DNA of 64,000 nt from Chlamydiales bacterium (GCA_965206695.1 CBDBKM010000005.1:140414-204413), one strand, 5' to 3'; counted from the stretch's first letter, positions 43,836 to 55,103 are shown. Numbers and translations: made by a program. Notes: generated by a model from the letters alone, not told the origin.

Positions 43836-45134
43836 TTAAAGCATTTCTTTTGTTATAAAATCCATTATGGCATCACGATATATATCTAAACTTTGCTGTG
43901 TGTGCGCTTGCATAATAAAAGAAGCCTCAAAAGGTGAAGGAGGGATATATATTCCCTTATCAAATAACGTATAAAAAAAATGATTGAATAGTGTTTGGTC
44001 GATACCGTTAGCTTCTTCTATATTGCCAACACTTCTTTTTCCAAAAAATATCGTAAACATAGAACCTACTCGTTGAATACACATATTCAAATTATTTTGT
44101 TGTATTAACTCTTCGACCGGATCTAAAAGAGACTTAGCTTTGCCTTCCATTGTTTCATAAAATCCGGGTTTCTGCAACATTTGTAATACCTGATACCCTG
44201 CTTCCATAGCAATAGGATTTCCTGATAAGGTCCCCGCTTGATAAACATCACCCAATGGAGCCAGATGATTCATAATCTCTTCTCGCCCTCCAAAAGCAGC
44301 TGCCGAAAAACCTCCTCCTATGATTTTTCCAAAACAAGTTAAATCAGGTGTCACCTGATATAGCTCTTGAGCTCCTTTCAGGCCCACACGAAATCCTGTG
44401 ATAACTTCATCAAAAATAAGCAAAGCCCCTGCTTTTTTAGTCTCTTCTCTTAAAGTGGTTAAAAATGAAAGTGTGGCAGGAACAACGCCCATATTTCCGG
44501 CAATGGGCTCTAATATAACAGCAGCAATTCGATCCTTATATTCTGAAGAAGACAAAAGCTCTTTTACCTTGTCAGCATCATTATATGGCAAATTGATCAT
44601 TTGCTCGATAGCACCTTTTGGAATCCCTTTTGAAGAGCTTTCACTACACTGAGTAAGTCCTGAACCGGCTTTAACTAAAAAGAAATCCGCATTCCCATGG
44701 TAGTTACCGATAAATTTTACTATGAGATCTTTTTCCGTATAGCCTCTTGCCAATCGACAAGCATACATAGTAGCTTCCGTTCCCGATGAACAAAAACGGA
44801 TCTTTTCAATCGATGGGATAAGTTTAACAACCTCCCCGGCTAACCGACTCTCAACTTTACTGGTTATACCAAAAGTCGTCCCTCTTGAAAGGCTTTTTGT
44901 AATAGCGTGGACAACGATTTTATTGGCATGACCCAGAATAAGAGCGCCCCAAGAGGCACAAAAATCGATATAGTCTCTTTTATCCACATCATGGATAATA
45001 TCTTCACCGGCAGAATCTATGACTAAAGGTGTACGATTTAAACCGGGAAAAGCTCTTACAGGTGAATTAACACCTCCGGGCAATACTTCACACAGTTCTT
45101 TGAAAATCTGTTGACTAATAGGACGATTAACCAT
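43836..45134 (-). CDS. hemL: Glutamate-1-semialdehyde 2,1-aminomutase
   Basis: PGGVNSPVRAF, SGTEATM, LLIFDEVITGFR, FGKIIGGG, QAGTLSGNP. Confidence 0.97.
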   Translation of the reverse strand: MVNRPISQQIFKELCEVLPGGVNSPVRAFPGLNRTPLVIDSAGEDIIHDVDKRDYIDFCASWGALILGHANKIVVHAITKSLSRGTTFGITSKVESRLAGEVVKLIPSIEKIRFCSSGTEATMYACRLARGYTEKDLIVKFIGNYHGNADFFLVKAGSGLTQCSESSSKGIPKGAIEQMINLPYNDADKVKELLSSSEYKDRIAAVILEPIAGNMGVVPATLSFLTTLREETKKAGALLIFDEVITGFRVGLKGAQELYQVTPDLTCFGKIIGGGFSAAAFGGREEIMNHLAPLGDVYQAGTLSGNPIAMEAGYQVLQMLQKPGFYETMEGKAKSLLDPVEELIQQNNLNMCIQRVGSMFTIFFGKRSVGNIEEANGIDQTLFNHFFYTLFDKGIYIPPSPFEASFIMQAHTQQSLDIYRDAIMDFITKEML

Positions 45135-45213
45135 CTTACCGTAACCCTTTTTTCTTTAACGAAGGGTGAAAATAGTCAAACTACATTAATCTTACCAGAT
45201 TATTTTAATTTTT

Positions 45214-46374
45214 CTATCTTAAACCCGAATCCCAATTTCCGCAATGCGCCTTGAAGAAAGTCTCGAAACTTGTATCCGCTGAAGAAGAATCGTCCTGTAC
45301 TGTAACTCTAGAAGGGTCAATCTTTTGTATCGGTTCGGCCGAACGTTTGAGGGAATGTGTAGGGGTTAATTCCCTTCTTCTACTGACAGGTCCTACCCTA
45401 TCTTCTAAATCATCCTCTATAGGTGCAGGTGGAAAGGCTCGCCATCGATCAAATTTAGCATAAAATGCATCAGTAAAACCCAGCGTCTTAATGAATGCTC
45501 TTAAATCTACGGCCAATAACTTATGGTGTTTTAAAAAAGAATTCCACCTATGTGACATCTCTATAGGAATGGGAGAAGCACCCGGCGCATTAAAATTCTT
45601 TTTAATTTCAAACTTTTTAATCAACGCAAACATTTTGCCTTTTACTTCCAGCGCTTTTCGAACTTGAGAACTTTCCGATCCATTAAGAGCGCGTAAACCG
45701 GCAGTGTTAAAATCATCCAATTCTTTAATCTCGCCTGCATCTGATGCTTCATTTAATGATGCTTTAAAAGCGTCCAGATCTCGACATATTACTTTAGAAG
45801 CTTCATATAAAGATTTATTATCAACGCGACTAAAATCTTTAAAGTTACGCTTTGATTCTGCTTTATAATCCAAACTCATGGCTGATATCTTATGAGTTAA
45901 GCTACTGTGTCCTACCTTTGTATCTATCACTTTTAATGTAGAAGGCTTTTTCTCTTCTAAATTTATATGAAGTTTTACTAAATCTATTATATCCGACGCT
46001 AAGGATTCCATTTGCCGGCTATCTAATAAACCGTTAACAAAGACCCTTTTCTTCTGTTCATCATCCCATACAGATAGCTCAGTAATCTGATAGACATTTT
46101 CTTCACAAACTAATTTGCTTAAACCATCCCCGTCAGGCTTAAAAAACTTTTGTGTAATGGTAACGGTATGCTTTTCAGAGTCTAATTTATAGACAGCCGG
46201 ATCATCTAATGACCTTATTTTGGATTGAAGTCGCTCAATTCCAACAGTCAATTTGCCGGCTCGCTCTTCATCATGACCCGAAGTATCGCCTAACGAAGAG
46301 GGATTCGACCCACTCGAAGAAAATGTGACATCAGAAAAATCACCGGAAAAAGATTGAGACCCGGATAAACCCAT
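45214..46374 (-). CDS. Hypothetical protein with a Ser-rich N-terminus (putative T3SS effector), paralog of the next gene
   Basis: 386-aa ORF; shares motifs with 46552-48267. Confidence 0.65.
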   Translation of the reverse strand: MGLSGSQSFSGDFSDVTFSSSGSNPSSLGDTSGHDEERAGKLTVGIERLQSKIRSLDDPAVYKLDSEKHTVTITQKFFKPDGDGLSKLVCEENVYQITELSVWDDEQKKRVFVNGLLDSRQMESLASDIIDLVKLHINLEEKKPSTLKVIDTKVGHSSLTHKISAMSLDYKAESKRNFKDFSRVDNKSLYEASKVICRDLDAFKASLNEASDAGEIKELDDFNTAGLRALNGSESSQVRKALEVKGKMFALIKKFEIKKNFNAPGASPIPIEMSHRWNSFLKHHKLLAVDLRAFIKTLGFTDAFYAKFDRWRAFPPAPIEDDLEDRVGPVSRRRELTPTHSLKRSAEPIQKIDPSRVTVQDDSSSADTSFETFFKAHCGNWDSGLR

Positions 46375-46551
46375 AATAAATTATTTTAAATTGCTTTTTT
46401 TAAATATTATTAACTAATTTAGATATATGTTTATTATAATATTAAACAGACTAATAGTAAATAAATAAATTAAAATCCTACTTAATTTATTATAAGAATC
46501 AATTTATAATAGAAATCTCTTTAAACTTAAAATTACTATTCTACTTCCCTG

Positions 46552-48267
46552 TTAGGTTGAGATAAATGATCCGTCAGAGCCGGCATCGAGTACACCTAGA
46601 GAAGCAAGAAAATCATACTTATGACTTTCAAAACCTAAAGCTTTGCAACGCATCTTATCATCTTCAAATCCACCGGAATCAGTATTTTTTAAAAACCCTT
46701 GAGCTTCTAAACATGCATGCCATTCATCAGCTATTGTTTTCGGAAGTTCGGGTTGAAACCCCTCACCTACAAAATGCTCACGAAGCTTAAATCTTTCTGC
46801 CATTTCTAAAAGAGCTTTTCTTCTCTTAAGTCCTTCACTTAGTTCTTTTAAGCCCGGAAGATCGTCTGTTAATTGTTGCTTGGTCAAATAAAGACCGCCA
46901 CTTTCCAACGCTGTAGATTCAAGAGAGTCATGGCGATCATTTGAGCCTTGATCCGCCAGTTCTTCAAGGGCAATTCTATACTGTTCATATTGTTCTTCAA
47001 TTTTTGCTATATTTTGCTCTATCATTTCAATTGGTTGTGATAGTTCATTAAACATAGCGATTAGACCTATTTTATCGTCAATATCGTTAATCTCACCGAA
47101 TAGCTTCTTTACTTCCGCCATAGCTACATCTATTTCTTGCTTCTTATCAGCTATCTGAACCGCATTGCTCTCCAATTCCTTATAGGCTGTATCCAGATCT
47201 CGCTTCTTAGCTTCTTGCTGATCTGTTGTATTGGCAGCATTGCCCTTATTTATAGTTTCCAAATCCTTTAATAAAACCGAGCTCTGTTCTGTTAAACTAA
47301 CCTGTTTTTTCTGTAACATTACCAATGCAGGTGTAAGAGTCTTTTCCGATTGTTTTTGGAGTTCTACACTCTGTGTATGTCTACGGTTTCTCTCGTGTTG
47401 CAAATCTCCGAGAGATTGGTCTCGTTCGTCAGGTTCCATCGTAAATAAGTGTTTATAAGAAGGAGATAGCGCTTCGTACTTATTAGAGAGTTTCTTCTTG
47501 TAATCTGCAAATTTCCTCAAAAATAAATCTGAGACAGCATAAAATTGTTTGTTGGAAGACCCTTTAGGATAACCTGTGAACGCCGCAGTATGAAATCCTG
47601 AAATATCGGGCTTAAACTTAGACTGAAATTCTCTCGATTGTAAAATCGTTGGCAACTGTGGAGCCACAGAATATTCCTGTGCTACTAAAGGTTGATCTAA
47701 TTCAAAAGTATCAGTTTCAGAGTATCTCGAGAAATACTTAACCGGATCAGAAGAACTTTCAGACGGTGGAGGAATGATGACCACTTCTGCTCGCTTAATT
47801 TTTGAGTTTGCTTCCAGTAATGGTTTGAAAACATCTATAATATGCTTCCCTACCATCTCCCATTGCTCCTTAACTAAGCCTGCGGCTAAATGTATACTTG
47901 CATTCCTTTCCGGGTTAAATTTCATCATATCAGTTACCTGATAGGTATCTATTACTACCGTCCTTTGACTATCACGGTCATACCTTATACTTGTTTTTAT
48001 AATAGTATGATTTACCGGATCGAATGTATATGTAGAAGGATCTGCTTCCCTTAAAGTTCTTTTTAAAGAATGGATTTGTCCCTGAAAAGCTCTATTCGTA
48101 TTATATACGCTTGGTTTTGTATTCGGGTCAATAGGAGACGACGAACCTTGTATCGGTGTATCGGAATGATTAGTAACCGTTGGTAATGGTGTTGCCATAA
48201 ACATATCCCGTATAAAATTAATATTCGCTCTTAAAAAAGAAAAAGCTATTATATAGTTTAAAACCAT
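46552..48267 (-). CDS. Hypothetical coiled-coil protein (putative T3SS effector); likely start about 48198-48204
   Basis: S/P/T-rich N-terminus MATPLPTVTNHSDTP; central heptad-rich region. Confidence 0.65.
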   Translation of the reverse strand: MVLNYIIAFSFLRANINFIRDMFMATPLPTVTNHSDTPIQGSSSPIDPNTKPSVYNTNRAFQGQIHSLKRTLREADPSTYTFDPVNHTIIKTSIRYDRDSQRTVVIDTYQVTDMMKFNPERNASIHLAAGLVKEQWEMVGKHIIDVFKPLLEANSKIKRAEVVIIPPPSESSSDPVKYFSRYSETDTFELDQPLVAQEYSVAPQLPTILQSREFQSKFKPDISGFHTAAFTGYPKGSSNKQFYAVSDLFLRKFADYKKKLSNKYEALSPSYKHLFTMEPDERDQSLGDLQHERNRRHTQSVELQKQSEKTLTPALVMLQKKQVSLTEQSSVLLKDLETINKGNAANTTDQQEAKKRDLDTAYKELESNAVQIADKKQEIDVAMAEVKKLFGEINDIDDKIGLIAMFNELSQPIEMIEQNIAKIEEQYEQYRIALEELADQGSNDRHDSLESTALESGGLYLTKQQLTDDLPGLKELSEGLKRRKALLEMAERFKLREHFVGEGFQPELPKTIADEWHACLEAQGFLKNTDSGGFEDDKMRCKALGFESHKYDFLASLGVLDAGSDGSFIST

Positions 48268-48517
48268 TATAACATATTTTTTTATTTAATTTTAATAAAA
48301 AAAATTAATTAACTAATTAATCAACTAAAAAACATCAAGCTATTTATTATTAGATATTTATAAAATTAAGAACACGGTTTTTCTTTTTTAATTTTATTTT
48401 CAAATATTCACTTGATTCCTAAGAGATTGATATATTAATGTGCCGTTGAAGAAAAAATCTAAACAATTAAATATAAATTACTTAATACTAGTTGTTTAGG
48501 TTAATAGCAGAGTTGTA

Positions 48518-50470
48518 TTGCAAGGAAATAGCGTGAAAAACTCAAGAAAAACATCCTTTTTATCCTTTAGACGGATAGTTGGTTTGAGTTGGGTGATAGC
48601 TTTAAGCCTTTCACCTCTTTATGCTAAAAATAACGAAAAAAAAGGCAATATTCAGATAGAATATGAGGTCGCATTTAAAGGCGTAGAAGATAAAAATTTG
48701 GTTAAAGATCTTAAGCAAACCTCAGATTTAGAAAATTTTAAGGATAAAAGCCCTATATCGGTAGCTGCTTTAAAGCACCGCGCCGAAGCAGACAATACTC
48801 TTCTTTTAGAAGCTATGCATGCCTATGGCTATTATGAAGCATGTATTAATACCTCTATCTCATTTCTTCGGCATATGAATGCTCATCCTGTATCTTTTGC
48901 TTATAACGCACATCCTATTTCTAAATACGGCCACTCTAAAGACACTATCATCATCAACAAGTATAAAGTTTTAATCGATCTAAAACCGGGGCCCGATTAT
49001 ATCCTATCAACTTTCAAAATTGTCCCTAAAGAAGAAACTGTTCATGATAACTTCGGTAAATTATTTGACTTTGATACTTTCGATTTAAACAAGCTTGGTA
49101 TTCATCCGGGTGCTCCGATAAACTATCGCTCTGTTGCCGATGCAAAAGAAAATCTTATCAAAAAAATGCGAAATAAGGGGTTTCCTTTAGCTCGTATTAC
49201 CAATCAAGAAATCCTTGTCGATCAAGCTAAAAAAAGTGTCTATGTCACATTAGATGTGACAAGCGGGCCCCAAGCCCGTTTTGGAAACGTTGTTATCACC
49301 GGATTAAAAAATGTCAGTGAAAAATATGCTCAAAACCGAGTCTCCTGGAAAAAAGGAGAATTATATAGGCCTAAAGAATTAGACATCACTCAAAAATCCT
49401 TTTTTGATAGTGGACTTTTTACAACAGTTAGTATTACCCCGGGTTCTCACGTTGATACCAACGGTTATATCACCATGTATATCACTGTAACAGAAGGGAA
49501 GCATCATACTATAACATTAGGAGGGACTTACCATTTAACTTGGGAAGGCGTTGGGGGCATTGTAGGCTTTAAAGATCGTAACCTCGGACACTCAGGAATC
49601 ACTTTTGATATCAACAGCTCTATAAATCAAAAAAAACAAGTCGGTAAACTTCTATTTCAGGTTCCGGATGTTTTAATACCGAATCAAAATTTTTTTGTTA
49701 TGGGTTCTCTAATGCGTAACAGAGCACCTAACTATTTGGAAAAAAACCTCGATGCCAGAGCTTTTATAGAACGACATTTCAATCGCTACATTTCTATGTC
49801 CATCGGATTGAAATTTGATTTAATGCAAACGGGAAAAACAGATGCTAACGAACATTATACCTTGCTAGGCTCTCCTTTTCATTTCAATTTTCAAACTTCT
49901 GATAGTTTGCTGTTACGTAACCCTTACAAGGGAGGGTGGGTAAACATTAAAGTGATTCCGTATATGAGTCTAACTAAATCCGAACCACAGTTTATTAAAG
50001 GAAAAATTGCCGGAGCCACCTATTTTCCCCTTTGGCCAAATAGACGGTTAATATTAGCTCAATCAGCTCTTTTTGCCTCTCTTATGGGAGAAACCAGAAT
50101 TAATATCCCTGCCCCTTATCGTTTCTATGCCGGTAATGAACAACATTTAAGAGGATACCCCTACCAAGCGGTAAGTCCTTTAGATGATTTAGATCGACCC
50201 ATCGGAGGAAAGTCGACTTTTTTATATAGTTTGGAAATTAGAATGCTTGTGAAGAAGGATTTTGAAATGGTAGGTTTTTTAGATATTGGTAATGTATGGG
50301 CAACTTCTTGGCCTGATTGGGATAATGCTATGTTAAAATCAATGGGTTTTGGTTTACGTTATTTTACATTTATAGGCCCTTTAAGAGTCGATATAGGTTA
50401 CCCGATGAATAAACGACCTAATATAAAAAAATCTTATCAAGTCTACTTTAGTATCGGCCAACCGTTTTAA
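48518..50470 (+). CDS. tamA: Omp85-family autotransporter assembly protein TamA (POTRA domains plus beta-barrel)
   Basis: AYGYY POTRA1, RFYAG...LRGY, GG.S...SLEIR, GFGLRYFTFIGPLRVDIGYP, terminal IGQPF; adjacent to tamB. Alternative GTG start at 48533. Confidence 0.88.
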   Translation: MQGNSVKNSRKTSFLSFRRIVGLSWVIALSLSPLYAKNNEKKGNIQIEYEVAFKGVEDKNLVKDLKQTSDLENFKDKSPISVAALKHRAEADNTLLLEAMHAYGYYEACINTSISFLRHMNAHPVSFAYNAHPISKYGHSKDTIIINKYKVLIDLKPGPDYILSTFKIVPKEETVHDNFGKLFDFDTFDLNKLGIHPGAPINYRSVADAKENLIKKMRNKGFPLARITNQEILVDQAKKSVYVTLDVTSGPQARFGNVVITGLKNVSEKYAQNRVSWKKGELYRPKELDITQKSFFDSGLFTTVSITPGSHVDTNGYITMYITVTEGKHHTITLGGTYHLTWEGVGGIVGFKDRNLGHSGITFDINSSINQKKQVGKLLFQVPDVLIPNQNFFVMGSLMRNRAPNYLEKNLDARAFIERHFNRYISMSIGLKFDLMQTGKTDANEHYTLLGSPFHFNFQTSDSLLLRNPYKGGWVNIKVIPYMSLTKSEPQFIKGKIAGATYFPLWPNRRLILAQSALFASLMGETRINIPAPYRFYAGNEQHLRGYPYQAVSPLDDLDRPIGGKSTFLYSLEIRMLVKKDFEMVGFLDIGNVWATSWPDWDNAMLKSMGFGLRYFTFIGPLRVDIGYPMNKRPNIKKSYQVYFSIGQPF

Positions 50471-50484
50471 ATGGATTGTTTTAA

Positions 50485-53400
50485 ATGAAAAGAAAATGCC
50501 TTAAAATAATTAAAAATAGTGCCTACACTATTATTGTCGTTATCGCCTTTGCTTTCATTTTATTACAGACATCGCCCGTAAAAAACCTCCTTCTTAAAAT
50601 AGCAATTGATAAAGTCAATCAATCCGGTGAATATCAGATTAAGACATCCGGTGCTTTAGGTTTTTTACCCTTTACCTTGTCGGTAGAAAAAGTTGAACTC
50701 TATCAAAACGATACGCTACTTATAACGGCAGATTCTATCACTATTCATTGGTCTCCTATTAGATTTGTAATAGAACGTTCGTTATTTACAAATATAGATT
50801 GTAAAAATCTTACCGTTCTTGCCCTACCTACTTCTAAAAATAACGTTTTAGAATCTCTTGAATGGCCAACAACGCCTTTTCCTTTTCTTACTATTAACAT
50901 GAATTGTAAGAACTTAGTTTTAACATCCAATATAACCAAAACAAAGGAACTCCCTTTTGACAGTTCATTTGATCTTAGTATGTATGGGCGTATCGGTAAC
51001 TTCGCAATAGATGGGCATTTAAGAAGTAATGTATTTAAAGGATCCATTGCCTCTTGTCATATTAGAGGCAATCGTCGTAATCAACTCGTCAGAGTTGAAT
51101 TGATAGCCGAGGATGACTATCAAGGGCTAATCAATTACTGTTATGATTTACCGGAAATACCTAAATTCCATTTAAGAGCAAATGCCATAGCTCCTTTTGA
51201 TCAGTGGCAACGCTTCATCACCGAGACATCGAATACAGGAGAAGAAATTCTCGGATCCCTCTATATTGAAGGTTTTAATGAAAGCTTAGCACCTGAATCT
51301 ATATTATGCGCTTTATTTAGTTCAGAAAACTGGACCGCTAACTCAGAGTTTTCCTATTCGCTTTTCGATACACTCAGCTTAAGCAAAATGGAAATTAATA
51401 GTTGTAATTTCCGGGCAATGGCCTCTTTTGAATTCAATAAAAATTTTATAATTCAAGATAGTCACATCTCAGGAAATATTTCTGATCTATATGCCATAGC
51501 CGACTTTATTGAATTACCGGTAGAAGGTCCCTTACATTTTGATGCGAGTCTTAAAGGTAATCTCTTCAACCCTGAGAGTAGCGTTCATTGTACCAGCGAC
51601 GCACTGTATTTATTTGATTATCGAATTAGTGATTTTAAATGGTTTGTCAACACGTATCAAGATATGGCATTTCATGGAAATATCGACATCAATGGCTATA
51701 TAGAAAGTAACCCTTTTTCAATTCAAACGCCCTTTTCTGTTGAAAAAGAAAACATCCATTTCAATCCGATTGATCTCAAATTGCAATCTTTAACTTTAAT
51801 AGGTCATATAAGTGTTTTACTCAATCAAGGCTATTTAGCAGGCAGCGTTGACATTCAAGCCCCTCAGCTCTCTTCTTTTGCCTATCTTATAGGTCATGAA
51901 GTCGATGGCTCAATGCAAGCAAAAGCTGATTTGGATTATGTCATAAGAGATGGCGCATATAAACAAAGGTTGTCATTTAACGGCACTTTTCAGCACTTTA
52001 AACTTAATGATATTAAAGCTGAAAAACTGTTTTCAAAAGCCCATCTCACAACTAATTTCTCAGACTTTAGAAATCAGTTGAAAGGCAAAGTTGACATGGA
52101 TGGAGAAAACATTGTTAAAGAAGAGCTCAAACTGTCTATTTTGAGAACCAAAACGTACATTCGAGATAAACAATATTTTTTCGATCTCAATAGTGAAGGG
52201 TCATATAAAGAATACTTTTCTTTACATACTATCGGGATATGGCGTCCATTACAACAAGGTTGGCATCTTAAACTTGACCGAATAAGAGCCCATGCTTTGG
52301 ATGAATACATCACTTTGAATTTCCCCATGTCTATAACCTATCATGATAAACGTATCAGCTTTAAAGACATTGATTTATCAATAGGATCAGGTTCATTATA
52401 TGTCACAGGGTTTCCTTTAATCGATTCTTCTGAATTTAGAGCAACAGTTAAAGATTTTCCCTTACCTTTAATCAATCTCTTTTATCCCGAGTTCCCTATG
52501 GTAGGTTCTATAAACTTAACCGCTGTTTTAGATAATACCGATAAGATTCCATCCGGAACCTTGGACATGACATTGGAAAATGTGAAACTAATGGACATTT
52601 CCGAAAAAGCAAGCAGCCTTAATGGATCGGTTGAAGCTAGGTTAAAGAATGAATCTCTATTTGTTCTCACGCGTATTACGGATCAAGAAGAACAATATTT
52701 AAAATTGGATCTGGATCTTCCTATAATATTATCCGTTCCAACATTTAAGGCACAACTTAAGCCTCACGAACCCCTCTTTTTAAAGATGCATTATGAAGGG
52801 GATATTAATCCCGCCTGGCAATTCCTTCTTCCTCAAAATCATCTTCTAAGAGGTGATATTCAAATGGATTTGGATATATCAGGTACCCGGGATCATCCTG
52901 ATGCTAAAGGAAGCTTTTCTTTAACGGATGGTACCTATGAAAATATTTATAGTGGACTTGTATTACGCGAGCTAAACTTAAACCTTAAAGGTAACCAAGA
53001 AGAGCTGGTATTAGAATCTCTTAATGCAACCGATGGTGAAAAAGGTAGAATTTGCGCAACAGGAAATATTTTATTAACTCCACAAAGGCATTTTCCTTAT
53101 CTATTAGAGGGATACTTATCAAAGGCTAAACTGCTTCAACTAGGTTATGTCAGCAGTATATTTGACGGCACTGTAGCCATTTCAGGAAACTTTAAGAAAT
53201 CCTCTATTTCAGGAGATTTAACAGTTATAGAAGCTGATGTAAATATTCCCGGCCAAATACCCAACCCTCTTCCAAAATTAAAGGTTAAATATATTAATCC
53301 ACTGCCTCAAACCGACTGCTCCAAATTTGAAGAACCTAAAGGGATCACTTTCCCGATATATTTTAATATCAACCTCGATATCCCGGGTCATGCATTTTTA

Positions 53401-54063
53401 CGAGGAAAAGGACTCGATAGTATTTGGAAAGGAAAGATATCTCTTAAAGGTACCGATATGGATCCTTTTATTAAAGGGATGTTACAACTTGTCAGCGGAC
53501 AATTTTTTTTCTCAGGAAAGACGATGACTCTTACAGAGGGTTCGGTTACATTTAACGGAAGCCCTACAAAAGATACCTATATCAATTTGAGTGCTGAGAT
53601 AAATCTAAGTAATCTAAGAGTAATTGCCATATTAAATGGACCTTTGGAATCTCCCGGCCTGAACTTTAGATCTGATCCACCCCATGATCAAAGTGAAATC
53701 CTATCTCTTTTACTCTTTGATAAAAATGTTGATGAATTATCCCCTTTCCAAGCCCTAGCCCTTGCCCGGACTGTCGCCGCCTTATCCGGTACCTACCAAG
53801 GGCCTGATGTTATTGAAAAGCTTAGAATAGGAATAAAACTCGACCGGTTAAGTTTTGGAGTAGCCGACAATGACATGCAAAAAATTAATATACAATTAGG
53901 AAAATATATTACTCGAAATGTCTTAGTCACCGTAAGCCAAGGATTAACCTATCTATCTAATACAGAGGTAACAGCTCATTTTGTCTATGGTTTTCAATTG
54001 CAGGCAAAAATCGGATATGCTATCCTTTCCGAATTACTTCTATTGTGGAAGTACAATTATTAA
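50485..54063 (+). CDS. tamB: TamB / DUF490 protein
   Basis: N-terminal TM anchor, long beta-rich body, C-terminal F.SDP...QSEILSLLLF and GKYIT..V.V. Confidence 0.88.
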   Translation: MKRKCLKIIKNSAYTIIVVIAFAFILLQTSPVKNLLLKIAIDKVNQSGEYQIKTSGALGFLPFTLSVEKVELYQNDTLLITADSITIHWSPIRFVIERSLFTNIDCKNLTVLALPTSKNNVLESLEWPTTPFPFLTINMNCKNLVLTSNITKTKELPFDSSFDLSMYGRIGNFAIDGHLRSNVFKGSIASCHIRGNRRNQLVRVELIAEDDYQGLINYCYDLPEIPKFHLRANAIAPFDQWQRFITETSNTGEEILGSLYIEGFNESLAPESILCALFSSENWTANSEFSYSLFDTLSLSKMEINSCNFRAMASFEFNKNFIIQDSHISGNISDLYAIADFIELPVEGPLHFDASLKGNLFNPESSVHCTSDALYLFDYRISDFKWFVNTYQDMAFHGNIDINGYIESNPFSIQTPFSVEKENIHFNPIDLKLQSLTLIGHISVLLNQGYLAGSVDIQAPQLSSFAYLIGHEVDGSMQAKADLDYVIRDGAYKQRLSFNGTFQHFKLNDIKAEKLFSKAHLTTNFSDFRNQLKGKVDMDGENIVKEELKLSILRTKTYIRDKQYFFDLNSEGSYKEYFSLHTIGIWRPLQQGWHLKLDRIRAHALDEYITLNFPMSITYHDKRISFKDIDLSIGSGSLYVTGFPLIDSSEFRATVKDFPLPLINLFYPEFPMVGSINLTAVLDNTDKIPSGTLDMTLENVKLMDISEKASSLNGSVEARLKNESLFVLTRITDQEEQYLKLDLDLPIILSVPTFKAQLKPHEPLFLKMHYEGDINPAWQFLLPQNHLLRGDIQMDLDISGTRDHPDAKGSFSLTDGTYENIYSGLVLRELNLNLKGNQEELVLESLNATDGEKGRICATGNILLTPQRHFPYLLEGYLSKAKLLQLGYVSSIFDGTVAISGNFKKSSISGDLTVIEADVNIPGQIPNPLPKLKVKYINPLPQTDCSKFEEPKGITFPIYFNINLDIPGHAFLRGKGLDSIWKGKISLKGTDMDPFIKGMLQLVSGQFFFSGKTMTLTEGSVTFNGSPTKDTYINLSAEINLSNLRVIAILNGPLESPGLNFRSDPPHDQSEILSLLLFDKNVDELSPFQALALARTVAALSGTYQGPDVIEKLRIGIKLDRLSFGVADNDMQKINIQLGKYITRNVLVTVSQGLTYLSNTEVTAHFVYGFQLQAKIGYAILSELLLLWKYNY

Positions 54064-54083
54064 AACTAACAAACTTTTTTTAA

Positions 54084-54512
54084 ATGACTGAAATATCCGG
54101 AGCTCAACTCTTTGCTCCTTTAAAGGTCAATATACATCAAGTCCAACAAGACCGGGATGCGATCAAAATATGTAAAAAGGCAGTAGAGATTCTTAATCTC
54201 CTACAGAACGCTGTTAAAGAAGATCTCAGTATCCGGGCTCGATTCGATACGGAGAACAAGGCAAAGACCTGTCTTTTACAAAAAGCAATTGAGCAACAAT
54301 TAGTCAGAGCTATAGACCCCGATCAACTAGAGGGTGATCAACTGATTGCTTTTTTAGAAGAAATTGGAGAAAAAACACTTTCTCATTCTAAGAAGTTGGA
54401 ATTGAATCAACAATCCTTATCAGAACATAGGCAAGCTCTTTTCAAATACTATGAAGCACTTTTAGAGATGATCTCTAAGCTTAACAGTATTATTGAAAAG
54501 AACTTAAGATAA
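54084..54512 (+). CDS. Hypothetical helical protein
   Basis: 142-aa ORF directly after tamB. Confidence 0.6.
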   Translation: MTEISGAQLFAPLKVNIHQVQQDRDAIKICKKAVEILNLLQNAVKEDLSIRARFDTENKAKTCLLQKAIEQQLVRAIDPDQLEGDQLIAFLEEIGEKTLSHSKKLELNQQSLSEHRQALFKYYEALLEMISKLNSIIEKNLR

Positions 54513-54584
54513 CATTGCCTTGCTTAAACTTTGCCACCTAAATATCGCAATATTCAAGCCCTGTTATCTTTCGATGAATGTTAA

Positions 54585-54688
54585 TTGACAGCTCCCAACC
54601 CTAAAGAGAAGAGATCTCTTATTCAACGACCATTGCTAATAAGTGTTAGTCTAGCATGGATCTCCAAAGACTTAAATTACCGACTGCC
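54585..54688 (-). ncRNA. Orphan IS605 right end / omegaRNA scaffold (variant B)
   Basis: Homologous to 6230-6335 and ends GGGAGCTGTCAA; followed by a stub of the IS630-C left end; no tnpB. Confidence 0.7.
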
Positions 54689-54760
54689 TTTCGCTACTGA
54701 AAGGCACATAAAAAATTATAAACTTGATAATATTCTTTAAAACTCATTGATTGTCTAAAC

Positions 54761-55103
54761 TTATTTTTCATTTATTTTGATAAGTTTTATAATAAGCAGG
54801 TTTTTTACTGCGGTTAATAAATGATGTGCTCGATCACTGAAATCTGTAGAACCGAAAACAGATTGAGCGAGATTAGTGCAACGTCCATAAATTCCACTAT
54901 CATCACCTTCCCAAACCTGTTGTAAATATTGATATCGTTCCGCTAGAGTATTGGTTCCAAAGAGGCCTTGTGTACCCGATTTAAGAGTTTTATACCCCAT
55001 AATTGGGGTTAAAATAGCACCGGCCCCCAACATCAATTGGTTGTTAAGGGTATTACCCGGATTCGGATATTCGGACTTATAGAAATGAGCTGATTGTGAT
55101 ATT
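54761..55103 (-). pseudogene. Hypothetical gene remnant whose apparent start (MGAVK) comes from the IS605 RE
   Basis: TTG GGA GCT GTC AA lies inside the element. Confidence 0.4.

Noticed and set aside
54689-54735. Shared sequence next to the two orphan omegaRNAs, first read as a dedicated omegaRNA promoter (TATAAT/TATACT)
   Set aside because: It is the left end and leader of IS630-C (see 61118-61167), so sharing reflects common descent, not a purpose-built promoter.
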